From Camelus ferus (lineage: Eukaryota): a stretch of DNA of 64,000 bases. The stretch lies in the NCBI RefSeq assembly GCF_009834535.1, contig NC_045720.1, positions 992,001-1,056,000 on the forward strand. The letters run 5' to 3'. The notes beneath the pieces were generated by a model, which did no database searches, was not told where the DNA came from, and saw nothing but the letters and a program-made list of their open reading frames with translations. Shown piece by piece: positions 1 through 13,200 of the stretch (position 1 is its first letter; every line of letters starts with the position of its first letter). The position numbers and the translations under genes are program-made.

Positions 1-900
1 ATGAAAGGTCTGAAAACTAAAGCCCTAAGCTTCCACTTTCAAAAGCTAGAGAAGAGAAGGGAAAATTAGCTCAAAGGAGAAGGAAAGAAAGAAAATGATT
101 CTACTTTCATGAAATAGACAAGAGACAATAGAGAAGATCAAGAAAAACCAAAGCTGCTGCTTTGAAAGGACTAAGGACGTGGGTAACGCTCTAGCTAGAC
201 TGATCAGAAAAACACAAGACACAGTCTCCACCAGGGAAAGAGGGGACATCATTTCAAGTATAATTAGTTAAGTAAAATGGAATGCACAAAAACAATGAAA
301 AAAACTTTAACAACTTTATGCCAACTTTATGCAATTGTATTAGATGAAATAAGTAATTCCTCGAAAGATACAAGTTACCAAAATTGGCACAAGACGAAAT
401 AGAAAAATCTGAGTAAGTGCTGTATCTGTTAGAGAAATTGAATTTGTAATTTTCCCACAAAGAACTCCCCAGGATTTCACTGGTGAAAGCTATCAAACAC
501 CTAGGGAAGAAATATTATTATGCAAACAAATTCAGAAAATAGATGTGGGGAGACTAATTCACAACTGAGAGCAATGTTACGCTGGTATCAAGACAAGGAC
601 GTCCTCTCACCGCCTCTACTGAAAACTGTACAGAAAGCCCTAGCAGTGCAATAAAGCAAAAAAAAAAAAAAAAAAAAAAAAAGGAACAAAGTCTATATAA
701 ACTGGAAAGGGAGAGGTAACATTCTTTGATTATCTACACAGAAAATGCTGAAGAATCTAGAAAAAAGCTATTGGAACCAATAAATGAATTTATCTAGGTT
801 GCAGGATATGAGGTCAATTACAAAAGTCAAATCAATTTCTACACACTGGCAATGTCAATGGGAAAAAGGCTTTTTAAAAAAACAAGCTAGAACTCAAAAA
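1..900 (+). mobile_element. Old LINE-1 (L1M-type) ORF2 fragments
   Basis: A-rich plus-strand sequence resembling decayed L1 ORF2 (e.g. gaaatagaaaatctg, aaagccctagcagtgcaataaagc, gttgcaggatatgaggtcaat); no long ORF. Confidence 0.7.
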
Positions 901-921
901 GCATAAACTATTTTAAAAATT

Positions 922-1050
922 GGGGGCGGGGGGGCGGTGAGGGTGTAGCTCAGTGGTAGAGCACATGCCTAGCATGCACAAGGTCCTGGGTTCAATCCTC
1001 AATACCTCCATCAAGAAATAAAAAAAAAACAAAAACTTAATTATCCCACC
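922..1050 (+). mobile_element. tRNA-derived SINE (camelid Vic-1-like)
   Basis: G-rich head, A box (tagctcagtggtagagc), B box (gggttcaatcc), then an A-rich tail and a ttaattatcccac end; same family as copies at 23790, 33064 and 33484. Confidence 0.8.
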
Positions 1051-1084
1051 CAATTTTTTTTTTTTTTTGGTAAATTGGACCTTT

Positions 1085-2030
1085 AAATTTTTTTAAGTTA
1101 AATCTGAAGAAAATTGAAAGGTAAGCCAAAGACTAAAAAATACTCATCACAAATATGTATTTGGAAGAGATTTTGACCCAAAATAGAAAAGACTCTTACA
1201 AGTAAATAGCAAGACAAACAGCCCAATTTTAAAGTGGGCAAAAGATGTGAACAGACACATCACAAAAGGTGAGACAGACTGGCAGCACGCACATGGAGAG
1301 ATGCTCACCATCACGGAGCAGGCGAACACAAACCAGAAGCATAAAGGTGTCACCTACGCCACTAGGTTTCAGAAGAGGGCTAATACCAAGTGTTGATAAG
1401 GACGTGGGCCACTGGAGCCCTGACAGTGGCAGAGGGTACAATGGCACAACCACTATAGAGAACTTCTGGGCTATTCCTTATAAAGTTAAAATTCATGTAT
1501 CTCATAATCCAGCAATTAAATTCCTAGGCACTTACCCAAGAGAAATAAAGAGGCATGTCCAAATAAAACACTTTTACACAAATGCTCATTGCAGTTTTAT
1601 TCATAACAGCCAAAACTGGAAACCCAAATTTCCACCAACAGGTGAATAATAAGCACTGTTTACCCCTACAATGGAACACTACTCACAAAGAGAAAGAGCT
1701 ACTGAAGCAGAAGTACTCAGCTGAGTCTTCAAAACGTGCCAAAGTGAAAGACGTCAGACACACAGGATTACATACCATGTGCATCGATTTACGTGAACCC
1801 CAGAACAGGCAAAACTAATCCACGCAGACAGAAAGTGGTTACTTGGGGCTAGCGTGGGATTAACCAGGAAAAGGCAAAAGGGACCATTTCTGGGTGAGAG
1901 AACTGTTATTTTTCTTGATTGTGATGGTGGTTACACAAGTACATGGATATGTCAAAATTCCGTACACTTAAAAATAGGTGTTCTACTGTATGGAAACTGG
2001 ACCTCAACCAAAGTTGGTTAAAATGGTCTG
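1085..2030 (+). mobile_element. LINE-1 3' ORF2/3'UTR fragment
   Basis: L1 3' end motifs (aaagtgggcaaaagatgtgaacagacac, aatccagcaattaaattcctagg, tgtgatggtggttacac). Confidence 0.75.
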
Positions 2031-3837
2031 ATAAAATCTGCTTCTATACCACCTGAAACATCTCTAGTAATGGTGAGTTTCCCAAAGGATGGAGTACTGT
2101 ATGCTCTTTTTGAATTATTTACCCCCTTAAGGCTTCTGGCATTGTGGGAATTTAAGACTGAAAATACACCCTCATGGGCAAAACATTGCTTTAAATCATT
2201 TCAAAACTGGTTGTTTTGTTAAATGTTTAGATAAAAGAAATTCAGAGGCAACAACTTAATAGTTCTGCTAGACAGTTTGCCGCCGGGTAACAGAACTTGC
2301 CTGCTTCTGACAGCCCCTCCTAGAAAGGGACCCGCCACATCTCCCATTCCGCAGGTTCCCGCTCCAGGATCACTTGCCTCTCTAGCTGACATGTTTGCTT
2401 CTCTCTGGAGGCCAGTTCAAGTGTCACCTCTTCTGCAAAGCTGTCCCAGACCCCCACGCCGAGTAAGTCAGCTCCTTACCTACGCTCCTACACGACAGGG
2501 ACGCATGTGTACTTCCACTCAGCGTGCAGTTCCCCATCAGGCTCTGGATGACTCGAGGTGGGCAGTCTTAACTGTTCCCCAGTTTTAGGGCTGGTCCTTG
2601 TAGAGCAATACATTTACAAATCAATGCCAAAGCGATCCAGAGAGCAGGGAAAGGGAAAAGAACTGGAGTCAGTCATGGAACTGCTGAGACAGGAAAAAGT
2701 CATGCAGTGCATCAGGACTGTGAGCCCTTGGAATGAATTAGGAAGATGCACACACAACTAAGTGAAGACAAGGGTCCCCTCAAAAGTGGACAGTCTTGAA
2801 TAAGCTCTGATAGCAAAAAACACAAGGGGCGCTAGTCTTAACACTGGCCTCACTGAATGAAGTGCAAGCAAAAGCCAACGGGGCTGAGAGGGAAGTCGTT
2901 TCCAGTAGACCAGAAGGCTATAGTGTTACAAAACAGAACAACAAAAAGAACATCCAAACAGGTTTTTTAAATCAGTACTACAGAGAGGACAAAGCCCAGC
3001 ACACAGCTCGGGCGCGCTCCTTCTATACCTCACCCTAGACTCCAGCGACACATAAATCCGTCAGATATGCTCACTGTTCTCCAGGAATTAACAGTGTAAT
3101 AATGGAAGAGATGGTACAGAAAACACAATGTTGACATATCAAAGGAAGTGCACTAACAGGCGAATGAACAACAAGCAACAGAAGCAGAGGCGGGGGAGCC
3201 GGCTGAGCCCAGCAAGGGGCCTGAGGCGGGTCCTGACGTGTCCGGGGAGCCAGGTGAGCAGAGAGCGACATCCAAGCGAAGACCAAGGAGGCTGGAGCGG
3301 CTTGGCTGAGTGGGGACGTCTGGCAGTTAACAGCCGCGAGTTCACCGGTGGCAGATGGGGCTCCAGGAAGTGCAGGGAGTTTGGAGTTTATCCCGAGGAC
3401 AACAGGGAACCAATCCGCAGACTTGGACAAGGAAGTACCTTTCTCCAACTTGCCTTTCTGATAGACCAAAATTTGCTAAACAATCTTCTTTTAAACTAAT
3501 AAGGTGAGATACACACTTCTGAACTTGACTGGAACAGGACTGAGCTCAGGGGCGGTTGTAACGGAGCAGTAAGATACAAGAACCTTCTCTCCCGGCCCAG
3601 CTCCTGCCCCGGCACTGTGCCAGCTCAGCCAATTGTCCAGTCGCATGGCTCCCCGGAGGGCACATGTTCCCACAGAGGAGGATGGGGGCCAGCACTGCCA
3701 CAGTGGCTGGCAGGGGTCCACTGCGGAGGCAGCCCCGCCCGTGACGTAGGGAGACGCAGACACATCCAAACTTGCGTGAACCAGGCCTCTTTGCCATGCG
3801 CTTCCAGACCCCAATCGGCAAGGTGGAGGGTCGTCAC

Positions 3838-5247
3838 TTACGAGTCCGTGTGCTCCCCCTGACCTACATACTTCTTACCCAAATGTACAGGGGTCTTACT
3901 CAAGGGAAGTCCCTCCTGGTGAACATCTTGGTTACTTTTAAAGTTTGGAGCTGAGCTGAACTCTTTCCCATACTGGCTGCATTCATAGAGTTTCTCTTCA
4001 GTGTGAATCTTCTGGTGCTGAAGGAAGTTTGACCTCTGAATAAAGCCTTTCCCACAATAACTGCACACGTAGGGCTTTTCTCCAGTGTGGACGATCTGAT
4101 GCAGCAGGAGCTTGGAGCTCTGAATGAACGCCTTCCCGCAGTCCTTGCACTCGAAGGGCCTGTGCCCCGCGTGGATCTTCTGGTGCTCTGTGAGGTGCGC
4201 CTTCTGGAGGAAAGCCTTCCCACACTCCTTGCACTCGTACACGCGCTCCCCGGTGTGGACTTTCTGGTGTCGGATGAGGTACGAGCTCAGAAAGAAGGCC
4301 TTCCCGCACTCACTGCACTGGAAGAGCTTCTGGCCAGTGTGGATGCGCTGGTGCTGGGTGAAGTTGGACGTCTGGCTGAAGCGCTTCCCGCACTGGCTGC
4401 AGACGTACGGCCGCTCCCCAGTGTGGGTGCGCTGGTGCTGAACGAGCTTGGAGCTGCGGATGAAGGCCTTCCCGCACTCGCTGCACTCGAAGGGCCGCTC
4501 CCCGGTGTGAATGCGCTGGTGCTCCACGAGGTCCGAGCGGTGGCGGAAAGCCTTCCCGCACTCCTGGCACTCGTACTGCCGCACCTCCGTGTGGGTCTGG
4601 TAGTGCCGGACCAGGCTGGAGCTGCGGATGAAGGCCTTCCCACACTCGTTGCACTCGTAGGGCCGCTCGCCTGTGTGAATCCTCTGATGTCGAATGAGCA
4701 GCGAGCTCTGGCTGAAGCCCTTCCCGCACTCTTTGCATTCAAAAGGCCTCTCGCGGGTGTGAACCCGCTGGTGCCGGACCAGGTCTGCGCTGTGACAGAA
4801 ACCCTTCCCACACTGGGTGCACCTGAACGCCTTTTCTCCCGCGTGCGTTTTCTGGTGCTCCCCAAGGCCCGCGAGGTGGACGAAGTCCTCCCCACACACG
4901 TCGCACACGTAGAGCCTCCCTCCAGTGTGAGCTCGCCGGTGCTCGGCAAGGCGGGCGCTCTGGCCAAACCCCTCCCCGTGTGTGTCGCACCTGTGCGGGT
5001 GGGCCTCCCCTTCTATAAGCTCTCTCTGAAGTATGAGGAGGTTGGAGCTCAGGACCGGGCTCCCCCCTGACCTACCACCCACCAGGGCTGCTTCTCCTGC
5101 TTGGATCTTCCAGTGGGTGACCGTCACTTGCTTGAAACCTGCCTCCTGGGAGGCACAGCTCCGCAGGCTCTGCCCTTCCAGGTTTCCCAACAGCCCCCTC
5201 AACCTGAGTTCGGGGGCCCCCCCAGATGCAGGGGCAGCAAGCTCCAT
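3838..5247 (-). CDS. ZNF623: Zinc finger protein 623 (KRAB-less C2H2), single coding exon, 469 aa from the ATG at 5247
   Basis: [11 protein letters not shown]...WKIQAGE...LQRELIEGE followed by 11 intact C2H2 fingers matching ZNF623 as recalled (e.g. [34 protein letters not shown]). The ORF-track start at 5250 is a GTG. Splice acceptor cctttctcttatttcag gives an exon start at 5336. Synteny with GFUS-PYCR3-TIGD5-EEF1D. Confidence 0.93.
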   Translation of the reverse strand: MELAAPASGGAPELRLRGLLGNLEGQSLRSCASQEAGFKQVTVTHWKIQAGEAALVGGRSGGSPVLSSNLLILQRELIEGEAHPHRCDTHGEGFGQSARLAEHRRAHTGGRLYVCDVCGEDFVHLAGLGEHQKTHAGEKAFRCTQCGKGFCHSADLVRHQRVHTRERPFECKECGKGFSQSSLLIRHQRIHTGERPYECNECGKAFIRSSSLVRHYQTHTEVRQYECQECGKAFRHRSDLVEHQRIHTGERPFECSECGKAFIRSSKLVQHQRTHTGERPYVCSQCGKRFSQTSNFTQHQRIHTGQKLFQCSECGKAFFLSSYLIRHQKVHTGERVYECKECGKAFLQKAHLTEHQKIHAGHRPFECKDCGKAFIQSSKLLLHQIVHTGEKPYVCSYCGKGFIQRSNFLQHQKIHTEEKLYECSQYGKEFSSAPNFKSNQDVHQEGLPLSKTPVHLGKKYVGQGEHTDS

Positions 5248-8200
5248 CACCGTGAGGGCTTCTGACGTTGCCGTCTGCAGATTTCCATGCTCAGAAATTC
5301 AGAGTCTGGGGTTGCCTTCGAGTCACCTGTCAGAACCTGAAATAAGAGAAAGGTTATCTTTCCCTTTGTTAACAGATGGGAATGTGCTGGAGCACGTAGG
5401 GGATAAAATGCAAATCCAAGGAGTGGGAGAGCAAAGTGTCCCTCTGCCCACACTCCTGACCCAGCACAGTGCTCGGCTCACCCTTGGGGCGGTTTCCCTG
5501 GGCTCCACCTCTGACCTCAGGGGCCCGACTGGCCAGGGAGCAGAGGGGAAGGAAGTGGCTTGGACTCCATTCAAAAATCCAGACCTATTTCCAAAGAAAC
5601 ACAAGTTTATCGCTCTCATCACCTGTCCACTGCCCTTCCTGCCTTCAGGTCCTCCATCCCTCCTCGCAGCATGGTCGGTCTATGGTGTCACACTCACTGC
5701 AGGCTACGTATCAGTCGTTCTCCTGCACGTGAGCCCCAGCTCCTCTACCACATGCACGAGAAAACCGCACCTCGGCCAAAACTCAGCCTGCTTCCTGACC
5801 TGGTCTGCATCCTTGCTGGCTGCATTCTCTCCATGTTTACAAGCACTTGCCTAACAGGGCCCTGAGAGTTGCCCGCAATGTCTACACCTGGGTGAGTCTC
5901 CCATAGGGCCACCTCCTGGTTCTCTCCTCACAAACGTCCAACACTTGCCCTCCCTCTCGGCTGATGACCTTGTGTCTCACTTCAGGGAGAAAACAAAAGC
6001 AATGAGGTGAGAACGTCCATTTTTCCCACTACGTTTACCAGCCACCTGTTGGTGCCCACGCCGCTCCCTCCCGCATTACATGGGTCGGTGTCCTTGTTGC
6101 AGTCTAAGGGAGACACGTCCCCTTGAGCACTACACCCACCCGTTATCTACTCAGTGACCCCAGACCTGCTCTGCAGAAGTCTGGAGTTGGAAGGTTCACG
6201 GCAGCACCACTGACGACCACCAAAATACCCATCTGCAGAGAAAAGGGTGGCCTGAGGAGTCCTCCGACAAGGGAGAAACAGACAGCGGTGAAAAAGAGCG
6301 CCCGCAGAAAAGCGCAGGCGAACCTCGCAGATGTAACATCGATTGAGAGTTCATATTGTGTGATTCCACTTACTCAAAGGTCAAAAACAGACAAAACCAG
6401 TCCATGGTAGGGAAGTTGAGGCAGGGATGGTCTCCAGGGAGCTCACGATTGGCAAGGGTGCAGGGAGGCCTGGGGGTTCTGGGATCTGCACATGGGCATG
6501 TTTGCTTTGGAAAAGCCTGGTTACTTAACCTTACATGGTCACCAGGACGTGGCACCCAGTTCCCCTCTTCAGAGCAATGCTGCCCTCCAGCTCTGGAATT
6601 CTCCACTGAGAACCGCCTTCAGGCAGGAACCTGCCAAAGCCATGGCCCCTCCCAGGAAAGGCCTCCCACTGGAAGCTGCCCGTCACTATGGAGTGATACA
6701 GAATTCACGGCAGAAACAGTGTCTATCTGCCACCTCTGTGCTGCAGGTCATAGGTCCAGCTTGGCAGGACTGGGACCCTTCTGAGTGACACAGCGTGTCA
6801 GCCAGGCTGAGGTCTCATCTGGAAGCACTTCCAAACTCAGACCATCAGCAGAATCTGGTTCCCTGCACTTGTAGAACTGTCTCAGCTACGTGCTGTGGCT
6901 CCCTGGGAAAACCTGTCTTCCTGGCAGAACAGCTCAGAGAATCCCCCCCCCCGCCGTGACTTCTCCTCTGCCACCAGTTGCCGAAAACCTCGTCTTCCCA
7001 GGGCTCCTTTTGGCAACTGACCGGGACCTTCACTACATCCCTGAAATCCCAACCTGGTGGCTGGGAGGTGCTGGACATGAGGGGCCAGGAATCTCAGAGG
7101 GCCACCTGAGAACACAGCCTACCACACCCCAGCCAGTGCCCTTGCCTCCACCTGGGGCAACTCAGAAGGGTCATACTAGCCCCCAAGATCCACTGGGATG
7201 TGCCTTGGTCACAATTTTAACCTCACTGCCCAATCCTGCCTGCCTTCCAGGCATGTCACCTGAGGGCTCTCCCCAGCTGAGTCCACTTCCCACCCGAAAT
7301 CTGCACCAGCAGGAAGCAAACTGATTGCTGTGCAGCCCCACGAAGGGATGCCATCCAAAACCCATTTGCAACGTGGCTGCCAAAGACAAGGATGTGCCTC
7401 CGAGGACAGAGTGGGGCAGAGGGCGCAGCCCAGGGAGCAGGTGTAACCAGGCTACACACGCTCTACGTCCAGGCCGGGCTTCCTTCCCACATCTTTCCCC
7501 TGCCCCTCTGCTACAGCTACATCACATGAACCCCTCTGACGAACGCCTCACATGCACCTATCTAACCACCACCATTTCTGTCACCCAAAAGGCTCCCCTC
7601 CAAGGTTAAGCATCTCTGTTATGATGGTTAAGCATCTCTGTTTTAAGTCTCATTGAAGTGGAGTCATAACAGCATGTTCTTTTGTGTCTGCTTTTTATTA
7701 ATCGTGTGCCCACTTTTTATTAAGGTACAATTCACACACCATAAAACTCATCATTTTCAAGTGCACAACTCAGAACATCCCTGAGGCCGCAGAACCTTTG
7801 CCCCTGTCTAGTTCATCCCAGAGCACTCGGGCCTGCACTGCGCCCACCCCCAGGACGTGCCCGGGAGCGCCCCTCCCTCCCGCACAGCTTCTCCGTCTGT
7901 CCGGACGTGCCACCATGCACAGCCCACTCTTCCACTCACCCGCAGCCGGGCTGCTGGCAGCTCAGGGTTACGAGCAGAACAGCTGTCAGTGGCCCTGTAC
8001 TTCTCTTTCAGTCGACGGAGGGCCTCATTTCCACTGGGTCCTGGGAACACTTCAATCAGTGGCCACTTGTTCAGACCACCTTTGCAAGTTCTACCCGGAA
8101 CCATGGCAGCTGTGGACCAGCAACTGCTGTGGGTTTGGGGTTCTCCCCCTTCCTGAGTGCATGCGTCCATGTGACCGCCCTGCTCTCTTGCTGGGTGTGG

Positions 8201-11200
8201 GGGACAGCATTTGGGGAGGCTTGATGTGGGACCAGGTGGCCAGTGGGGTAAACAGCGGCAGAGACTGAAGGCTGCCCAGCATCCTGCTTCCTTTTAGTGA
8301 CAGAAATCCCTACAGAAATTTTAGTGTTCACACGGCCACCTGCAAGTGACATTTCTTAATGGGCCCTGAAGTGAGGTGTGACTGATTCCAGCCAAGGACC
8401 CAGGAATGGAAGGAGTGTGTGCATGTCCCAGTCCCTCACCCAGCCCACAGTGACAGGTGACAACACAGCATGGCAGGCTCCCAGAGACCTTGAGGGGCGG
8501 AGCTGCCCAAGTGCCTGTGAGATGGAACATGAGAAGCCACGTTTCTTGTTGGAAACACCATTTTCGAATCTGTTACAGCAAAATTAACCCATGCTTAAAA
8601 AATGGTAATAGTCCACCTGACTATTCAGATGCAGTTCTCCCCGCGATGAAAAAGCAGCGGAACCCCGACAGCAAGAAGGGGCATCTGAACAGCAGCAGAC
8701 GGGAGGCATTTCTCTCCACGGAGACCCGCAGCCCGGCTTCCTGGAGCAGTGGCCCTCCCGGTGTGCCCTGCGCCACAGCATTTATGACCACTGCCTGGTC
8801 GCATGCGCTGAGAATGCTTTTCTGAGTTAGAGGCCCATTAACTTGGTTTAAAATCATTCTCTTGCTTACAAAAATTACTTTTAACTAGTTTCCCCCCCCA
8901 CCCAGGGTATAAAGGTAAAGTATGCTAGTTGAGAAAAACTTTAAAAATAAAAATTAAATTACCTTTAACCCCACCACTCAGATCACTACACTGACATTAC
9001 TTCTCCTCTGGCCTTTTTTCTGCCCCAATATAGTATGAAGTCAGGACCATGCTACTCAGTCTCACATCCTGTTTTGCTTTACTTTTCTATCTTGTTAGTT
9101 CTCAGCAATTACAAACATAAAATACACATTGTAGAAGTATTTCAAGAGGTAAACAAAACAGACAATGATAATCCCCAGCAATTCAACGCAAGACCACTGC
9201 CAGCTGTTTAGTTCACACGCACTCACCCAGACCTCTGCTAAAACGACTGTACATTTACTATGTACACATGCAGTTTTCAAAAATACAGGCAGGACCCAGT
9301 GCACCCATCCCTCTGCAACACTCTCCCCATCTCTAACGCACCCTGGCATTCTTGTGACCACCCACACAGACGCACTGGTGCGCCTGGCCTTGGAGCGGCG
9401 CTACTGTCAGAGGTCCTCAGGGTCCCTGCTACAGGCCAGGCGCTGGAGGGAGCCCCCATCCCTGTGCTCTGGTGTCATGAGGAAGGATGTTCCCAATGTA
9501 TTCATCCCATTTCTCTTCCCCAGAGGTGGAAGGAGTTAGTCAAATCTTCAGGAGCATAACAAGGCATGCAGCCCGACCTCTCCCACCAGGGTGCATGCTC
9601 TGCTCTGCTCCCAAGCCAGCCCAGCCCCACCCCAGGGGAGGGTGCAGCTCCCAGGGCTCCCGGCAAGCAGGCAGGCAAGTGTGTAACTGGCACTCAGCCT
9701 AAGCAGCCCCACGTCACGCCAGCAAATGCTCCGATCAGTAGTAGGGCACATTTTGCCCTTCACATGCCTCCCTGGTTCAGGCTTGGGAGAGGAGGGGCAC
9801 TGTTTACAAGGGCCCCTGGCACCCCAGCCAGGTGGGCCGCACAAGTGGCTGGTGTGGTCCCATCACACCTTCGAACCTCATGAGGCAGCTATTAGCCCTG
9901 TTATTTACTCAATTTTGCAGATGAAGAAAGAGACTGAAAGTCAATAACCCAAGGCCACCAAGTCAGTCGTGGCAGCGCTCAGGTTCAGACCCAGGTATGT
10001 CTGTCCCTTGCCCTTTACCACTATCAAAGATTTTGTTTCCCTTTCCAGGTGTGAACTTTTTACACTTTTATAGGATGTTTTGCTTAGATCAGCCGGGACT
10101 AGTATTATAAAAGTAAGCTTATGTTTTAAACCTTATTTTTCTTAAAAAAGGGGGTTAGGTTATTGGTTTGCTTTGGAGGTGATATTTGCTGATTTTTTTC
10201 ATTTAAAATGACTGTTATACCACCTGAACACAAGCCTGCATCTGTTTACACGAATACAGCTTTAAAAACGTGTATCTCTTCATGATTTTCATAATTTTTT
10301 CCTTAATTTTAGAGGAAGATTTTCAAATCAGATATACCTTGCTTTGAATTAACATTTACTGGAAAATCAGCAATCTTTCTGTTTCTGCTTAGCTCCTTTA
10401 TCTTCTGTGGATGCAAGCAAACTTAAATCGATACTCTTTCATTTAAAGAGACCTGAGTGAAATGAACAAAAGGAAATAAACACACACCAGATTCTGGTTC
10501 CAAAACATGCGAGGCTAACATAGCCCTCCTTTCTGCTGTGACACTAGAACAAGAAATCATCTAAGTACACAGCTGATGTTGAGAGAGACAGGCGATTCTC
10601 AGTGCTGGGGAAAGAGTGGGAGCTTAATCTAGGGGGTGGGGGCCTGTGAGCTGCCCGGAGTAGCTCTGAGATTGGGGGAGGAGTGGCACGCAGGCACTGG
10701 GAGCTGTTTCAGGTCCACACTGGTAAAGAGGTATTATGGCCTTGGGCTGGCAAGTTAGTCAGTCACTGCTGCTCACAGCCTAGAGACAGGACACAGGGAG
10801 GTTTGCAGACCTCCACCCTCGGGAATAATGGGAAAAGAAGGGCAAAAGGGTAACTGAGTAAGACACAGAGCAGAGCTCCAGGGGACTGCACCTCTGGGCT
10901 GCCCTGCGGCCGCCACTGCAGCTCCAGAGGGACGTGAGCACGCAGGTGTGCTCCTCCTGTTTCCTCGTGGCCTCCTCACAGCGTCCACCAGGTTCAGGGA
11001 GGTTCAGGAGCTGCTGGCTGCTCTCTCCTCCTCCCACCCCAGGCCATTTGGCTTCTGCTCCCAGGGCTCTGACCAAGGACACCAATGGTCTTCTTCTTTC
11101 CTGACGAGTTCAGTGTCCTTTCAGCAGTCATCTCCCACAACCCGAGGCAGCACTGGACATGCCCAGCAGCTCCTGGTGCTGCTTCTATGGCACCACCCTG

Positions 11201-12229
11201 TTCTGGGTCAGCTACTTCCCGGAGCGCCCTGCCACCTCTGGCCAAGAACGCTGTCTGGGCCTTCTCAGCTCGGCCCTCCCTCCCTATCACCCCCAAAACC
11301 TTTCTAGGGAAGGAGGGAATCCATCACCTTCTCTCCAGGAGAGGCTAGAGTTACGTGGTCAGGCTTGTGGAAAAAACATCAGCCCTCCCCCACCCCTCGT
11401 CTGTATCTTCCATAAGAGGGTTGTTGTCATTAGGGCCATTATTAAGATATCGTTACAAGATTACATCTACAACAGGGACAAGAGTCCCACCTCTGGACAG
11501 GAGCAAGGTTTATCGCCTTAAGATTCAATGACATTGGTATCTCTCAGATCCTAGGTGGGCAAAAGACACTTATTTCTATCTTTCATCGGGACTGGACCTC
11601 AGGTGAAGTCAGTCATGCTGCAGAGAGCACCGCACGGTGGTCATGAGCTCTACGGACAAACTGCCTTAGCTCAAAGCTGGCCTCCAGCTAGCATTCCTGG
11701 GAAACCGCAGGCATGCTACTCAGGCCCTGGGGAATCCCATGACCAGGGTGCAGCCACTGTGTGAGGGGCTAAGACGTCCGGGACATCAGCAGAGATGGCC
11801 ATTGGGACTGATAGCGACTTCCAATGAAAGAGAGCCGTCAGAGAAGAGCTAGGATAGCGCAGCCGAATCACCTCTCCCCACCTGGGAATTCTCTTTCAGG
11901 CCCAAGCGCCGGAGAGAACTCTGTCCGTGACCTGCACCCCCAGCAGGGGAGAGGTGCCGCGGCTCTGCGTCTCCTCCAGCACAAAGAGGCTCAAGCATCC
12001 CGCCACTTCCCCAGCCTCATCTGGTGAGCTCTCTTGGGCTCCAGAGAGAGGAGGCAGGCTTAGAACACGACAGCAGTGCCACCCGTACCTGTATCCCGAC
12101 CCCACCCCAGGCCACCTCAGAGGGGCTAGCGAGCTTGAGAGCTGCGACACACGCCGAAGCTGGAGGCTACACGGTTTGAGGGTGTGACCCTGGAGCTGGG
12201 GAACTGAACCAAGAGTGGAACTGGGTATT

Positions 12230-13200
12230 TACCCACACGACGTTCTTTAGGAGAGAAGCTGCGGGCCGGACTGCAGCCCGGCAGACCCGGCCGTGATGGC
12301 GCCGGGAGACCGGCTCCCCGAGGCCCACGCTCCGGGACACCCGTGCGGGGCAGGCCGCGCTCAGCCCGCCCGTCCGCCCGGAGGACCCTGCCGCTGCCCG
12401 CAGCCCGGAGCGCGCCACTCACCCGGCGCCCAGTGGCGAGAGGACGGCACGCACCCCGCACGCAGACTGGGGTCCGCCCGCCCCGCAGGCCAGCCAACAA
12501 AGCCCGCACCGCCGCCCACACGCCGCGGCCGGAAGTCGGTCCGAGGCCCCGCCCGGGGAGCTTCCGGTGCCGCTCTAGGCGCTTCGGGGCCGGGAGGCCT
12601 CTCGGTGGTGCGGGCTTCCGGCCGGCCTGCGGGGGTGGTGCGGGGAGCCGCGGGGGCGGAGCGGAGCAGCGTTCCAGCTTCTGCGCCCCCGCAGCCCCGA
12701 GCGCCGTCTGTCTCCACGCTGTGAATGGCTGTGAGGGGGTCGGTTTCCGTCGAGCTGTAAATGCCGACATCGAAGACGAGCGGAGCTCGGGGGCGCGTCC
12801 GCGCCCGTGCGGAGCGGCCCCAGGGCCCCGGACCGAGGGCCGCTTCTCTGAGAGGAGAGGCCTGTTGTGGAGGGGCCGCAGGGGCTCCCGCCCACTTCCC
12901 GCGCCTGGCAGCGATTCCCGGCGCCTCCCGCCGGTCGGTCTCCTGGTAACGCCCACTATGAGCCCCTGAGGAGGGCCTTTTAACATCTTCCTTTTACAGA
13001 CTAGGCTGAAGCTGGAAGTCAGGTCGCTTACTCGAGGACACACAGCTAGTGAGTGACCAGGTCGACCGCCTTGGCGGCCTCGCCATTGCCCTGGCTGTGC
13101 GGTTGATCGCAGGGGTGCCCCGTGGCCTCTGGGGGGTCGCGGGAAATCCCGCCATTCTCTCCCCCTCCCGGTGGAAGAGCAGGCGTCCAGTTACCAAACC
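12230..13200. promoter_or_regulatory. CpG island promoter of ZNF623 with ETS/GABP sites
   Basis: Very high GC and CpG content; CCGGAAGT at 12529-12536 plus further CTTCCGG motifs; GC boxes. Confidence 0.8.
12423..12560 (-). other. ZNF623: Probable non-coding exon 1 of ZNF623
   Basis: Minus-strand donor GG|gtgagt at 12422 inside a CpG island. The TSS end is approximate. Confidence 0.6.

Noticed and set aside
922-1010. tRNA gene (also at 23830-23920 and 33075-33145)
   Set aside because: A and B boxes are present, but the G-rich head, A-rich tail and multiple diverged copies indicate a SINE.
4087-5070. 327-aa plus-strand ORF and other ORFs overlapping ZNF623
   Set aside because: Antisense and shifted-frame shadows typical of GC-rich C2H2 arrays; no independent protein features.
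5337-12422. Hidden KRAB exons in the ZNF623 intron
   Set aside because: No VTFxDV or MLENY-like coding segment seen on the minus strand in the ORF track or by eye.
12126-13043. 305-aa and 208-aa ORFs in the ZNF623 CpG island
   Set aside because: CpG-island artefacts with no recognisable domain.
12940-13055. Divergent plus-strand spliced ncRNA from the ZNF623 promoter
   Set aside because: Splice-like motifs exist (12947, 12998, 13049), but the implied intron is only about 52 nt and nothing else supports it.
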